This document shows, one piece after another, positions 1-8,754 of a stretch of 13,222 nucleotides of DNA. The notes below the pieces were generated by a model, which was given only the letters and a program-made list of their open reading frames with translations, was not told the origin of the DNA and made no database searches. Both the position numbers and the translations under genes were made by a program. The stretch comes from Promethearchaeota archaeon (GTDB taxonomy: Archaea; Asgardarchaeota; Lokiarchaeia; Sigyniarchaeales; SOKP01): assembly GCA_048941285.1 (NCBI GenBank), contig JBHLNS010000071.1:1-13222 (forward strand), given 5' to 3'. Numbering within the stretch: the first letter of the stretch is position 1; every line of letters starts with the position of its first letter.

Positions 1-570
1 GAATTGATTATATTTTGATTCAATAAAAGAAATAACATCATTAGAATTAGCTAATCTGATAGATAAATTTTCATATTTCTTATTAGGGATTTTAGATGCT
101 GGAATTTTTATTCTCTCATCAAGAGAAGAAAGATATTCATATCCTAAATTGCGATAAAAATTTGGAATTCCTCTAATAACTGAAAGAATATAACCTCTTT
201 GGTTAATTAATATTTCATAAAGATCGTTTAAATTTTTAATAAAACCTTTTCCCCTATATTCTTCAAGAGTTCCAACAAACTCCATTTCACATACTGGTAA
301 TGAAATGTCTTCAATTTGCCATTCCATAGGAACTAAAGATATTAAAGAAATTATTTTGTTTTCGTTATCATCTTTGACATATAACCATAAAATCTCATCT
401 TTTCTCGGATGTTCTAAAAATATGCGAGGAATGTATGACTTTAATACCTCGTCTTGATGAACTTTCATACTTAAATTAATTATAGCTTTTAATTCTTCTT
501 CATTATCAGTAGCAATGTGAATGCTGAAATGATCATCAACTTTTGCGCTATAGCCTTTTCGAAATTCCAT
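1..570 (-). CDS. GNAT family N-acetyltransferase, Eis-like (partial; 3' end runs off the window)
   Basis: Not in the ORF track. Manual translation from ATG at 570 is open for 190 codons to the edge: MEFRKGYSAKVDDHFSIH...LVPMEWQIEDISLPVCEMEFVGTLEEYRGKGFIK...IRGIPNFYRNLGYE. It contains GNAT motif A (VGTxxxYRGKG) and motif B (FYxxLGY). Confidence 0.85.
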   Translation of the reverse strand, partial: MEFRKGYSAKVDDHFSIHIATDNEEELKAIINLSMKVHQDEVLKSYIPRIFLEHPRKDEILWLYVKDDNENKIISLISLVPMEWQIEDISLPVCEMEFVGTLEEYRGKGFIKNLNDLYEILINQRGYILSVIRGIPNFYRNLGYEYLSSLDERIKIPASKIPNKKYENLSIRLANSNDVISFIESKYNQF

Positions 571-658
571 ACCTATAAAAATAAATAGCTCAATTTCAAT
601 TTTTTGAAAATTCAAGGATTATTTATATTGAAATAGGGAAATAATCTTCCGAATTAGA

Positions 659-1645
659 TTATTTTTGAAATTCTTTTGGAATTTGAATAGCAAATGTACA
701 CAAGTGTCCTCCAGTAAGAGGGGTTTCAATTGGTTCTACATTAACTGATTGATCGAATATAATATCCCAGTATTTTTTGGTGTATCCTGCGCTACAGTGG
801 CAGAAGTGAGAAAAAAGTTCTTTTTCAGTGCCATTTTTTATCGCACCTCTTATCCACGGACAGTAGCAACTATAAAAACCTTTCATTCTTTTATCTTTTG
901 CTTGTAGATGTTTTTTTGTTTGGTAAGGGAGTTTAGATTCGATGATTATATCTCCTTTTCTTACTCCTGGATTAATCGTGGGAGTATTTTTAACAAATTC
1001 TATTACTTCTTCATCGATATATTGAGCAAATTCTAAAGTTCCTTCTTTTTTATGCTTTTGAAGGCGTTCAATAAGTTCTTGTTTTTTAAGTTCTAGAAAA
1101 TCATCGATATCATTTAATTTTAAGAAGTCTTCCCTATCTCTTTCTAGTGTGCCAGGACGGCCATGTAAGCAAGGTTTTAACAAATCAATTGTTTTTTCAT
1201 TACCAATTTTCTCTTCCAGTCTTTTCAGAATTATTTTTGTAAATTCAGGTTTTTTCTCTGGATTAACTCCTAAAGGGGGGATTTTAATTTTTTCAAAAAT
1301 TTCATCTCGTATTTCCTCACCATGTTTATCAGCAATTCTTTCATAAAGGTTATCCATTGCATTATAGGATTCATAGATATCAATCATTTCCACGATGTAA
1401 TCATATTTTTTAATCATGTTGGCATAATTGATTAATGCTTTTAAAAAATCTAAGACATATTCACTATTTTTTTCAACTAGATAATCTGAATAAATTATTA
1501 TTTCTCCCATAGGGATTGAACTAAGATTGTGGTTATTTTTCTTCAGATATTCTTCAAACTCATTTAATCTTGAAATAAAAATTGCTTTTTGGTTTTCACC
1601 AATATTACTCTTTGAAAGAAACTCTAGGAACTCCTTTTCTAACAA
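659..1645 (-). CDS. Cys-rich hypothetical protein with a C-terminal DUF6144/V4R-like domain
   Basis: 328-aa ORF with a TTG start. The C-terminal CYCP...FCHCSAGYTKKYW...ETPLTGGHLCTFAI pattern resembles V4R/DUF6144 metal- or ligand-binding domains. The N-terminal region looks helical. Confidence 0.65.
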   Translation of the reverse strand: MLEKEFLEFLSKSNIGENQKAIFISRLNEFEEYLKKNNHNLSSIPMGEIIIYSDYLVEKNSEYVLDFLKALINYANMIKKYDYIVEMIDIYESYNAMDNLYERIADKHGEEIRDEIFEKIKIPPLGVNPEKKPEFTKIILKRLEEKIGNEKTIDLLKPCLHGRPGTLERDREDFLKLNDIDDFLELKKQELIERLQKHKKEGTLEFAQYIDEEVIEFVKNTPTINPGVRKGDIIIESKLPYQTKKHLQAKDKRMKGFYSCYCPWIRGAIKNGTEKELFSHFCHCSAGYTKKYWDIIFDQSVNVEPIETPLTGGHLCTFAIQIPKEFQK

Positions 1646-1655
1646 ATCAGATCAC
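1646..1655 (-). promoter_or_regulatory. Shine-Dalgarno-like element GTGATC before the TTG start
   Basis: The minus strand reads GTGATCTGAT-TTG. GTGATC is complementary to the GAUCAC part of the archaeal 16S 3' end. The same 12-mer precedes the ORF starting at 11936. Confidence 0.45.
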
Positions 1656-1905
1656 ATTTTTTATATATATTCTAGAAAATGAATTTTCAAAAATTTATTC
1701 AAGTTTTTTGTCTTTTAAGGATTGATATTTAATTATATAGATAGGTATTTATCTCGAACATTCAAAATATTTTGATTTCATAAATCTTCAAAAAATCGAT
1801 ATTAAAATGGAAGATTTATTCAAAAATTCGACAATTTTTATGATTAAAATTATTAGATAAGGGCTTTCATATTACGTTATTGCAATAAATTAAACGTTGT
1901 TTCAA

Positions 1906-1919
1906 GAAAGAATTAAATA
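1906..1919 (+). promoter_or_regulatory. Putative BRE-TATA promoter element upstream of the profilin gene
   Basis: GAAAGAA-TTAAATA, a purine run followed by a TATA-like box, about 110 bp upstream of ATG 2028. The AT-rich background makes this weak. Confidence 0.3.
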
Positions 1920-2027
1920 GTAGAATTTTCACATTTTAAAATAGGAGTTTAACTAATATTTTAAAAAGATAAAGATAGCTATAAAATAATTGTACAATCT
2001 AGATCAATCATAATAATATTTCCGATC

Positions 2028-2681
2028 ATGGCAAACATCAAATCTGTGGTAAGTAAACTACAAAAGCATTATCCTGACGCTACACAAGTAGCTTTAGTTG
2101 ATAAACAAGGAAAAGTTTTATTTACTACAGGTAAATGGGATGTAAAGAGTGATATTAAAGAAGTTCTTACAAAATGGGCAAGTGGAAATGCTCAATTTGT
2201 TACTCTTGATGGAATAAGATACTCTATTTTGCAAATGGAACCAGAACGTTTTATAGGTACTAATCGAAAGAATAAGGGGCATCTAATTGGAGCATCAACT
2301 CCAGATGGAAAAAATTACATGATAGCACATATCAGACCAAAAGCAAAAGGTTGGTTTCATATGGCATACCCCGCAGTGGCAAGAGCTGCTGCTATGCTAA
2401 AAAGAGGCTCTCAATCTGAATTTATTGAAACCGATATAGAGATTAAAGAAGAAAAAGTATATGAGGGCGCATCTAGACAGATGGCAAATAATCGAGCTGC
2501 TCCATCATATTCTATGATTAGCCCTCATCTTAAAGCAGAAATTGATGGTTTTCTACAATGGATTAAAAACCCTCAAGGATTAGGGGGTTATATAGCTAAT
2601 TCATTACAACAGAATGATCATTACCGTATTTCTAAGCTTGCGGAATTATATAATGAATTATATCACTTATTTTATGACTAA
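2028..2681 (+). CDS. Asgard-type profilin domain protein with a ~90-aa C-terminal extension
   Basis: Residues ~1-125 show the Asgard profilin pattern: N-terminal helix, ALVDKQGKVL-TTGKWDV, LDGIRYSILQMEPERFIGTN-KNKGHLIG, C-terminal helix. A charged linker and a ~50-aa helical segment follow. Confidence 0.75.
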   Translation: MANIKSVVSKLQKHYPDATQVALVDKQGKVLFTTGKWDVKSDIKEVLTKWASGNAQFVTLDGIRYSILQMEPERFIGTNRKNKGHLIGASTPDGKNYMIAHIRPKAKGWFHMAYPAVARAAAMLKRGSQSEFIETDIEIKEEKVYEGASRQMANNRAAPSYSMISPHLKAEIDGFLQWIKNPQGLGGYIANSLQQNDHYRISKLAELYNELYHLFYD

Positions 2682-2926
2682 TCAATAAATTGAAAATAAT
2701 TTCGAACATCCGGATAAGTCTCTTTTTAAAAGAATCAAGAATTAAATAAAAGTTGAATTTTTAAAAGAATATTCGTATTTAAATTACCTCCATCAGCTAA
2801 TATAAAAATATTATATTTCTAGAAAAAGTTAATAATAAATAAGTTTATTAAGAGTAATTTCTATTTAAATTACTCAGTGGAAAGGTTATTTTTTGGATAA
2901 AAAATGCATTAAGGGTGAATTAGTAC

Positions 2927-3844
2927 TTGAAAAGTGATAGAGAACATTTGAATAAGGACTTTCTACTAGAAGAATTATGTTGTACAAAGCCAAATATTGA
3001 TATAAAGGGTGGATATAAAGTCTGCTTGAATTGTGGGTTAACATCAGATATTCATCTAGTCGAAGATGAAAGAAGAGCTTATGGTAAAGAAGAAATTGAT
3101 AAAAGAAAGCAAACTGAACCAAGATGGAGAGATTTTGGATCAAGAACGGTACTTCCGAAAGACAAAATAGATTATAAAGGACAGTATTTAAGTGCTGAAA
3201 ATAAAACCTTGTTCTTGCGGTTGTCAAAAATCCAGAATTCCCTAATCTCAAGTATCGAGAGAAACTTTTGGGAAGCAAAACCAAAAATGAAACTGCTTGT
3301 GTCAAAGTTAAATATTCCAGAGCATATTCATGAAACAGCTTGGAAAATCTATTCTCTCATAGCAAAAAAAAAGTTGACTATGGGGCGTTCCATTGAAGGA
3401 TTTATTTCGGCATCTATATATGTAGCTATTAGAGTACACGAATTTTCAAAGACATTAGAAGAAATCAGCGATATTTCTATGATTTCTCGTAAAACGATAA
3501 TACATAGCCTAAGTTTAATCATTAGAGAAGTTTTACCCGAGCTAAATCTAACTTATAAGCCTATTAGCGTTAAACAACTAATTTTTAAATTTGGTAATGA
3601 ATTAGGACTTTCAATGGAAATCCAAAATAATGCGCTGGATATAATCTCTAAAACCTCGAAACAGGGTTTATCCACTAATGGAAAAGATCCAAGAGGATTT
3701 GCTGCGTCATCACTTTACCTCGCAGCAAAGCTATCAGATCAAAAATTAACTCAAACAGAAGTAGCTAAAGCTACAAAAATAACTGAAGTTACGCTAAGAA
3801 CTCGAGTAAAGGAAATTAGAAATAAAATAAAATTAGTTGATTAG
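2927..3844 (+). CDS. tfb: Transcription initiation factor IIB (TFB) family paralogue
   Basis: Zn-ribbon-like CC...CLNCG, two cyclin repeats (GRSIEGFISASIY; GKDPRGFAASSLY) and the C-terminal HTH TQTEVAKATKITEVTLRTRVKEI. The TTG start is preceded by SD-like GGTGA, and an in-frame TAG at 2921 bounds the start. Confidence 0.93.
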   Translation: MKSDREHLNKDFLLEELCCTKPNIDIKGGYKVCLNCGLTSDIHLVEDERRAYGKEEIDKRKQTEPRWRDFGSRTVLPKDKIDYKGQYLSAENKTLFLRLSKIQNSLISSIERNFWEAKPKMKLLVSKLNIPEHIHETAWKIYSLIAKKKLTMGRSIEGFISASIYVAIRVHEFSKTLEEISDISMISRKTIIHSLSLIIREVLPELNLTYKPISVKQLIFKFGNELGLSMEIQNNALDIISKTSKQGLSTNGKDPRGFAASSLYLAAKLSDQKLTQTEVAKATKITEVTLRTRVKEIRNKIKLVD

Positions 3845-3911
3845 GGATTACATTTATCATTGATTAGAGTAAATTAATTATTTTCATAATACATTTAAAT
3901 TGTATTAAATT

Positions 3912-3925
3912 GAAACTTTTATTAT
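3912..3925 (+). promoter_or_regulatory. Putative BRE-TATA promoter element of the ferredoxin gene
   Basis: GAAAC-TTTTATTAT about 55 bp upstream of ATG 3978. Confidence 0.35.
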
Positions 3926-3977
3926 CTTAAGTGAATTATAAATAATTAATTTAAAACATAATTGAGCACGAGAAAAA

Positions 3978-4751
3978 ATGAGTTTACCTTCAAAAAAAGC
4001 TATTCAAGTTGATGATAATACTGTAAGTTACGAATATAAGATGTTAAATCACGTTATGTCACTAGTATACCATGAAGATAAATGTATTGAATGTGGTTTT
4101 TGCCATCGTGTGTGTCCAGTGACTGTCTCTATTTACGACGAACCTTTAAAAAAGACAGCTATAGGAACCCCAAAAGAAATGAACATTGATTCAGAGAAAA
4201 AAATTGTAGTTGATACAGAAAAGTGTGTTTGGTGTGGTTGTTGTACATGGATTTGCCCAGGTTATACATTAGAACTTTTCATTAATGGAGAAAAAAAATT
4301 AAATGTCGTTGAAAATGGTTCACTTCCCGAATTTGAAGAAGAAGTGCGAACCTTAGATAATGGCCAAAAAGTCCGTAAGGTTGTAGAGGGCTCAATAACG
4401 ATTATCAGCAATGAGAAAGATAATAAAATTTTAGACACTTTTTGTGATGAGTGTGCTGTAAGTGCAATGGAAAGAAAAGGTAAGGAAATTGAAGTAGATC
4501 GAGATAAATGCATCTTATGCTTTAAATGTACTGAAGCTGCTAAGAATTATGACAATATAAGTGTTGAAGTCCATCGTGATAGATTTAAAAATATAAAAGG
4601 CGAACCCTCTTCTGTTTGGAATGGTATCATGTTGAGAGTAATAGGTAAAGAAGGTAAAGTGAAAGGAATTATGAGTCGAAGCCAGAATAAACTTGCTGAT
4701 GCTGTTATGCGCTTAATGGGAAAAGAATTTGAAGAAGAAGAGGAAGCTTAA
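3978..4751 (+). CDS. 4Fe-4S polyferredoxin resembling the N-terminal part of formylmethanofuran dehydrogenase subunit F (FwdF)
   Basis: Two full CxxCxxCxxxCP motifs (C36-C46, C83-C93) followed by LELFING (FwdF-like LDLKING), plus partial motifs FCDECA and CILCFKCTEAA. Acidic tail. Confidence 0.85.
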   Translation: MSLPSKKAIQVDDNTVSYEYKMLNHVMSLVYHEDKCIECGFCHRVCPVTVSIYDEPLKKTAIGTPKEMNIDSEKKIVVDTEKCVWCGCCTWICPGYTLELFINGEKKLNVVENGSLPEFEEEVRTLDNGQKVRKVVEGSITIISNEKDNKILDTFCDECAVSAMERKGKEIEVDRDKCILCFKCTEAAKNYDNISVEVHRDRFKNIKGEPSSVWNGIMLRVIGKEGKVKGIMSRSQNKLADAVMRLMGKEFEEEEEA

Positions 4752-4861
4752 ATCTCCACTAATTTATCTTATTTTTATAATTTATCCATTAAACAACATT
4801 GTCTAATTAGACTTAAAATAACGAATATTTTTTTTTATTTATTAATTAAAGCATTTTAGAC

Positions 4862-7537
4862 ATGAATAAGAAAGCTTTTGGATCTGGACATTTTGGAGAA
4901 TGGATTACAGATGAACATGATTTACCAGCTTATTATTATACTTGCGATCAAATAAATGATCCTAAAGCAATTACTCCTTTAAATGAACAGTTGCGTTCCA
5001 ATAAAGAACATTTACACCAAGTTGGGAATGATAGAATAGTCGGAGTTGCATCAAACTTTGGATATGTCCAAGTTCGTCAAGATGAAGGATGTCCGAAATT
5101 CCTTAATGATTATGATCCTGAGCATTGTCAATTTGCTGGAGGGATTGGTTATTTAGTCGATGGAGATAATATTATAAGCACATTTTATTCAGGAAATGAA
5201 GATCAGTTTGAAAGAATTTTTGGAGTTGGATATTATCGTAAAATTGTTAAACAATATGATTTATCCGTAGATCACATAATTTTTGCACCCTATGGAGATG
5301 ATCCCTTACTCATTTCTCAAGTTTCAATTTCAAATAATTCAGATAAACCGAAAAATTTACGGTGGATAGAATATTGGGGATGTAAATCATATCAATTTTC
5401 AGCACTTGCATATTATACCGCCTTTGGAAAAAAAGACCTTTCATTAATGAATAAGTTGCGAAGAGAATTTAGCTCGAAATTTATACATGAGTTTTCATTT
5501 GTAGAGAATCTTGGTTTATTAGAGGCGAAATATTTTCAGGGTAAAAAGGAAGCAGACAAAAAGAGATTACCTAAACCCATATATGAAAATAATTTCTCCC
5601 CGAAGACGTTTCTTATTTCATTAAATGGCCCTATTGATGGATTTAGTACTAATGGGTATGAATTTTTCGGAAAAGGGGATGTCGAACATCCTGATGGGAT
5701 AAACAGTGCTCTTTCTTCAAAATTAAACACTACAAATGATGGAAGTGCTATGATATTAGAAAGAGAAGTTCACCTAGAACCGCAAGAAAGTCAAACTTTA
5801 TATTTTGCATATGGTTATTTACCCGAAGGTGTTAATCTAGATCAAATTATAAGTAAATATAATAAGGAAATATCTAAGCAATGGATCTACTCCTCTGAAT
5901 GCTGGAAAAAAAATATAATTTTATTATCTATTCCTAATGAGCCATGGGTAGAACGTGAACTTTTATGGCATAATTATTATTTACGGGGTGCTATGACGTA
6001 TGATGATTATTTTAAAGAGCATATTCTTTCTCAAGGACATGTTTATCAATATATAATAGGTGCTCAAATAGCAACACGAGATCCACTACAACATACATTA
6101 CCTTTTATTTATTGTGAACCGAAAATTGTTAAAGAAATTATTAGATATATACTTAAAACTGTTAAAGAAAATGGAGAAATACCTTATGGAATCATTGGTA
6201 ACGGAATGATTATGCCACTAGCCGTTTTTCCAAGTGATCTTGAATTATGGCTATTATGGGCCACCAGTGAATATATAATAGCCACTAGAGATATTAAATT
6301 CCTAGATGAAGAGATTCCGATTTATCCTATTTATGGGAAGCTGGCAAAAACATCCAAAATAATAGAGTTGTTATTATTATGTTATAATCATTATACAGAA
6401 ATTACTGGAACTGGAAAACATGGACTACAACGAATATCAACTGGTGATTGGAATGATGGGGCAGTAATGGGATTTGTACCGGAAGTAAGGCAGGATGAGG
6501 TTAGAACTAAAGGAGAATCTGTTCTAAATGCTTCGATGTCAATATATGTCCTAAATAAGTTTGCGGAATTATTAAAAGTTGTAAATAAAGATAAAATGGC
6601 TAAAAGAGTCCATGAATACGCTGAACTTCAGAAAAAATCCGTTAAAGCCCAATGGAATGGAAATTGGTTTAAGAGAGCCTGGTTTACTGAAGATTTAGGG
6701 TGGATTGGAGATAACGAATTATGGCTAGAGCCTCAGCCATGGGCTATTATAGGAGATGCTACTGAGAATGACTGGATACCTATTTTAATAAATAATATTG
6801 ATAGCTTATTAAGAAAATCATCAAAGATTGGAGCAAGAATACTAAGTAAAGATATTGATGATATGAGAAGGGAAGTTGGTATGCGAGTAAATGGAGGAAT
6901 TTGGCCATCAATTAATGGTACATTAATATGGGCATTATCTCATGTAAATAGTGAAATGGCTTGGGATGAATGGAAAAAAAATACACTTGCCTTTCATGCA
7001 GAGGCTTTTCCTGATGTATGGTATGGTATTTGGAGTGGCCCAGATACTTATAACTCTAATCTCTCAAAATATCCAGGACAAACTCACTTTTTCGAATATT
7101 TTATTACGGGAGATCCGAAAGATGAAAAAGCTATGAAGGAAGATCCATTTGGCGTAAGTTGGACAGACTTTCCTGTCATGAATTTACATCCACATGCTTG
7201 GCCAATATTTAACTTAATCCACTTAGTTGGGGCGAATTTTACAAAATATGGCATTGAGATAATTCCTTCTTTACCAAAAGATGAGTATTATTTTGAATCT
7301 CCATTATTTGGGTTTTCAAAATCAAAGGAGGGTTATTCTGGATGGTATTGTCCGAACATTTCAGGAAATTGGACAATTTTATTAAAACTTAAAAAAGAAG
7401 AAATTAATAATTGTAAATTTCTGAAAATAAATAATAAGGAAGCAGAATTTAAATCGAAAAACAGTTACATAATTATCAATGGCAGTTCAGCTCCAGATAA
7501 ATCTTTTACATGGGAATTAAGAAAAAATGAAATTTGA
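4862..7537 (+). CDS. GH94-like glycoside phosphorylase/hydrolase with an (alpha/alpha)6 catalytic domain
   Basis: 891 aa. GH94-type motifs TRDPLQH, GDWNDG (catalytic acid), KGESV, WNGNWFKRAW, WLEPQPWA and NGGIW. No signal peptide is evident. Confidence 0.85.
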   Translation: MNKKAFGSGHFGEWITDEHDLPAYYYTCDQINDPKAITPLNEQLRSNKEHLHQVGNDRIVGVASNFGYVQVRQDEGCPKFLNDYDPEHCQFAGGIGYLVDGDNIISTFYSGNEDQFERIFGVGYYRKIVKQYDLSVDHIIFAPYGDDPLLISQVSISNNSDKPKNLRWIEYWGCKSYQFSALAYYTAFGKKDLSLMNKLRREFSSKFIHEFSFVENLGLLEAKYFQGKKEADKKRLPKPIYENNFSPKTFLISLNGPIDGFSTNGYEFFGKGDVEHPDGINSALSSKLNTTNDGSAMILEREVHLEPQESQTLYFAYGYLPEGVNLDQIISKYNKEISKQWIYSSECWKKNIILLSIPNEPWVERELLWHNYYLRGAMTYDDYFKEHILSQGHVYQYIIGAQIATRDPLQHTLPFIYCEPKIVKEIIRYILKTVKENGEIPYGIIGNGMIMPLAVFPSDLELWLLWATSEYIIATRDIKFLDEEIPIYPIYGKLAKTSKIIELLLLCYNHYTEITGTGKHGLQRISTGDWNDGAVMGFVPEVRQDEVRTKGESVLNASMSIYVLNKFAELLKVVNKDKMAKRVHEYAELQKKSVKAQWNGNWFKRAWFTEDLGWIGDNELWLEPQPWAIIGDATENDWIPILINNIDSLLRKSSKIGARILSKDIDDMRREVGMRVNGGIWPSINGTLIWALSHVNSEMAWDEWKKNTLAFHAEAFPDVWYGIWSGPDTYNSNLSKYPGQTHFFEYFITGDPKDEKAMKEDPFGVSWTDFPVMNLHPHAWPIFNLIHLVGANFTKYGIEIIPSLPKDEYYFESPLFGFSKSKEGYSGWYCPNISGNWTILLKLKKEEINNCKFLKINNKEAEFKSKNSYIIINGSSAPDKSFTWELRKNEI

Positions 7538-7557
7538 ATCTTATAAAGATGATTAAT

Positions 7558-8730
7558 ATGGATGCAGTTGAAAGAGTATTAAAAACTATAAACCACGAAG
7601 AACCTGATAAGGTTCCAGCATGGGAAAGTGCTTTTACTAACAATACTATAGCACAACATTTTGGTATAGAGGAGGGAAGGGGAGATTTTGGTATTTCTCT
7701 GTTAAAGAATGTGCCTGATAAAATGAAAGTCGTAAACCAAGTAATAAAAAGTAAAAGACTAATGAAACCAGGCTTTAAGAGGTATTTTCAATTATTCCAT
7801 AATATTGGTTTTGATATAGGAACATGTGTATCTACTAATTTCCCACGCTTTGTTCTTGAAGATGCAAATGGATTTGTTGATGAATATGGAAGAATAATGA
7901 AATTTGAATATTATGAGAAAGATGGAACAGTGATAATGGGGTATCATGGAGGTTATTTCAAGAATTTTGAGGATTATGAAAGCTGGGAGCGAATGGATCC
8001 AAATTTCGAAGCTCGGTTAGTTGGATATTTAGCAGGCAAGGAAATTCAAGAGGATATGAATAATGAGATTCTTGCTGCGCCAGCAATTGGAGCGATTATG
8101 GAAGATCCATGGGAGGGATTTGGATTAGAAACCTTTTCAAGAATATTGGCTAAATCTAAACAAGCCAAAAAGATTTTTGATGACTATGGGAAATTTACTT
8201 TAGAATTAGTTAAAATTTTAGCAGAAAATGGAGCGAAACTAATCATTTTATGGGATGATTATGGTTATAAGAATGGATTGTTTATGCGAGTAGATAATTA
8301 TCGAAATTATGTATTCCCATGGTTAAAACAGATATGTGATGCTGCTCATAAACTTGATAGTCATATTTTATTGCATTCCGATGGTGATTTGATGGAGATA
8401 TTTGAAGATATTATTAAATGTGGTGTTGATGTGTTGAATCCAATCGAACCTACAACAGCAAATCCAGAATATGATATTTTTGAGTTATATCAGAAATTTG
8501 GAGATCAAATAACCTTTTGCGGAAATTTATCTCCTCAAATGCTAGCTACAGGTGAGATATCTGAAATACAAGCTTATGCTAAACGTCTTATTCGAGAACT
8601 AGCACCCGGAGGAGGTTATATCTTTAGTTCTGGGCATAGTATTAATCCCGCAGTTACACTTGACCGATTTATCGCAATGCAAAACATCAAAAAGAAATAT
8701 GGTAAATATCCTATTAAAGTACCAAATTAA
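7558..8730 (+). CDS. Uroporphyrinogen decarboxylase/MtaA-like family protein (probable corrinoid-dependent methyltransferase superfamily), HSD type
   Basis: Family N-terminal motif ERV...HEEPDKVP, then WDDYG, LLHSDG, LNPIEP and GGGYIFSSGHSI. ATG 7558 (MDAVERV) fits the family pattern best. Alternative starts are 7549 (ATG) and 7534 (TTG overlapping the upstream stop). Confidence 0.88.
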   Translation: MDAVERVLKTINHEEPDKVPAWESAFTNNTIAQHFGIEEGRGDFGISLLKNVPDKMKVVNQVIKSKRLMKPGFKRYFQLFHNIGFDIGTCVSTNFPRFVLEDANGFVDEYGRIMKFEYYEKDGTVIMGYHGGYFKNFEDYESWERMDPNFEARLVGYLAGKEIQEDMNNEILAAPAIGAIMEDPWEGFGLETFSRILAKSKQAKKIFDDYGKFTLELVKILAENGAKLIILWDDYGYKNGLFMRVDNYRNYVFPWLKQICDAAHKLDSHILLHSDGDLMEIFEDIIKCGVDVLNPIEPTTANPEYDIFELYQKFGDQITFCGNLSPQMLATGEISEIQAYAKRLIRELAPGGGYIFSSGHSINPAVTLDRFIAMQNIKKKYGKYPIKVPN

Positions 8731-8754
8731 TAACATTAAAAAAAGGCATTTTAT

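Noticed and set aside
1149-1346. 65-aa plus-strand ORF
   Set aside because: Antisense shadow inside the 328-aa gene, with Phe/Ser/Ile-rich composition typical of reverse frames.
1646-2027. Short palindromes in intergenic DNA (e.g. GAAAAT-GA-ATTTTC at 1675-1688) as operators, CRISPR or ncRNA
   Set aside because: Expected by chance at this AT content. There are no regularly spaced repeats and no GC-rich stems suggesting tRNA, rRNA or structured RNA.
2886-3305. 139-aa minus-strand ORF
   Set aside because: Antisense to the well-supported TFB gene and has no recognisable motifs.
4262-4513. 83-aa minus-strand ORF
   Set aside because: Antisense shadow of the ferredoxin gene.
5536-7136. Short ORFs 5536..5730 (-) and 6951..7136 (+)
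   Set aside because: Both are nested within the GH94-like gene in alternative frames and have no independent support.
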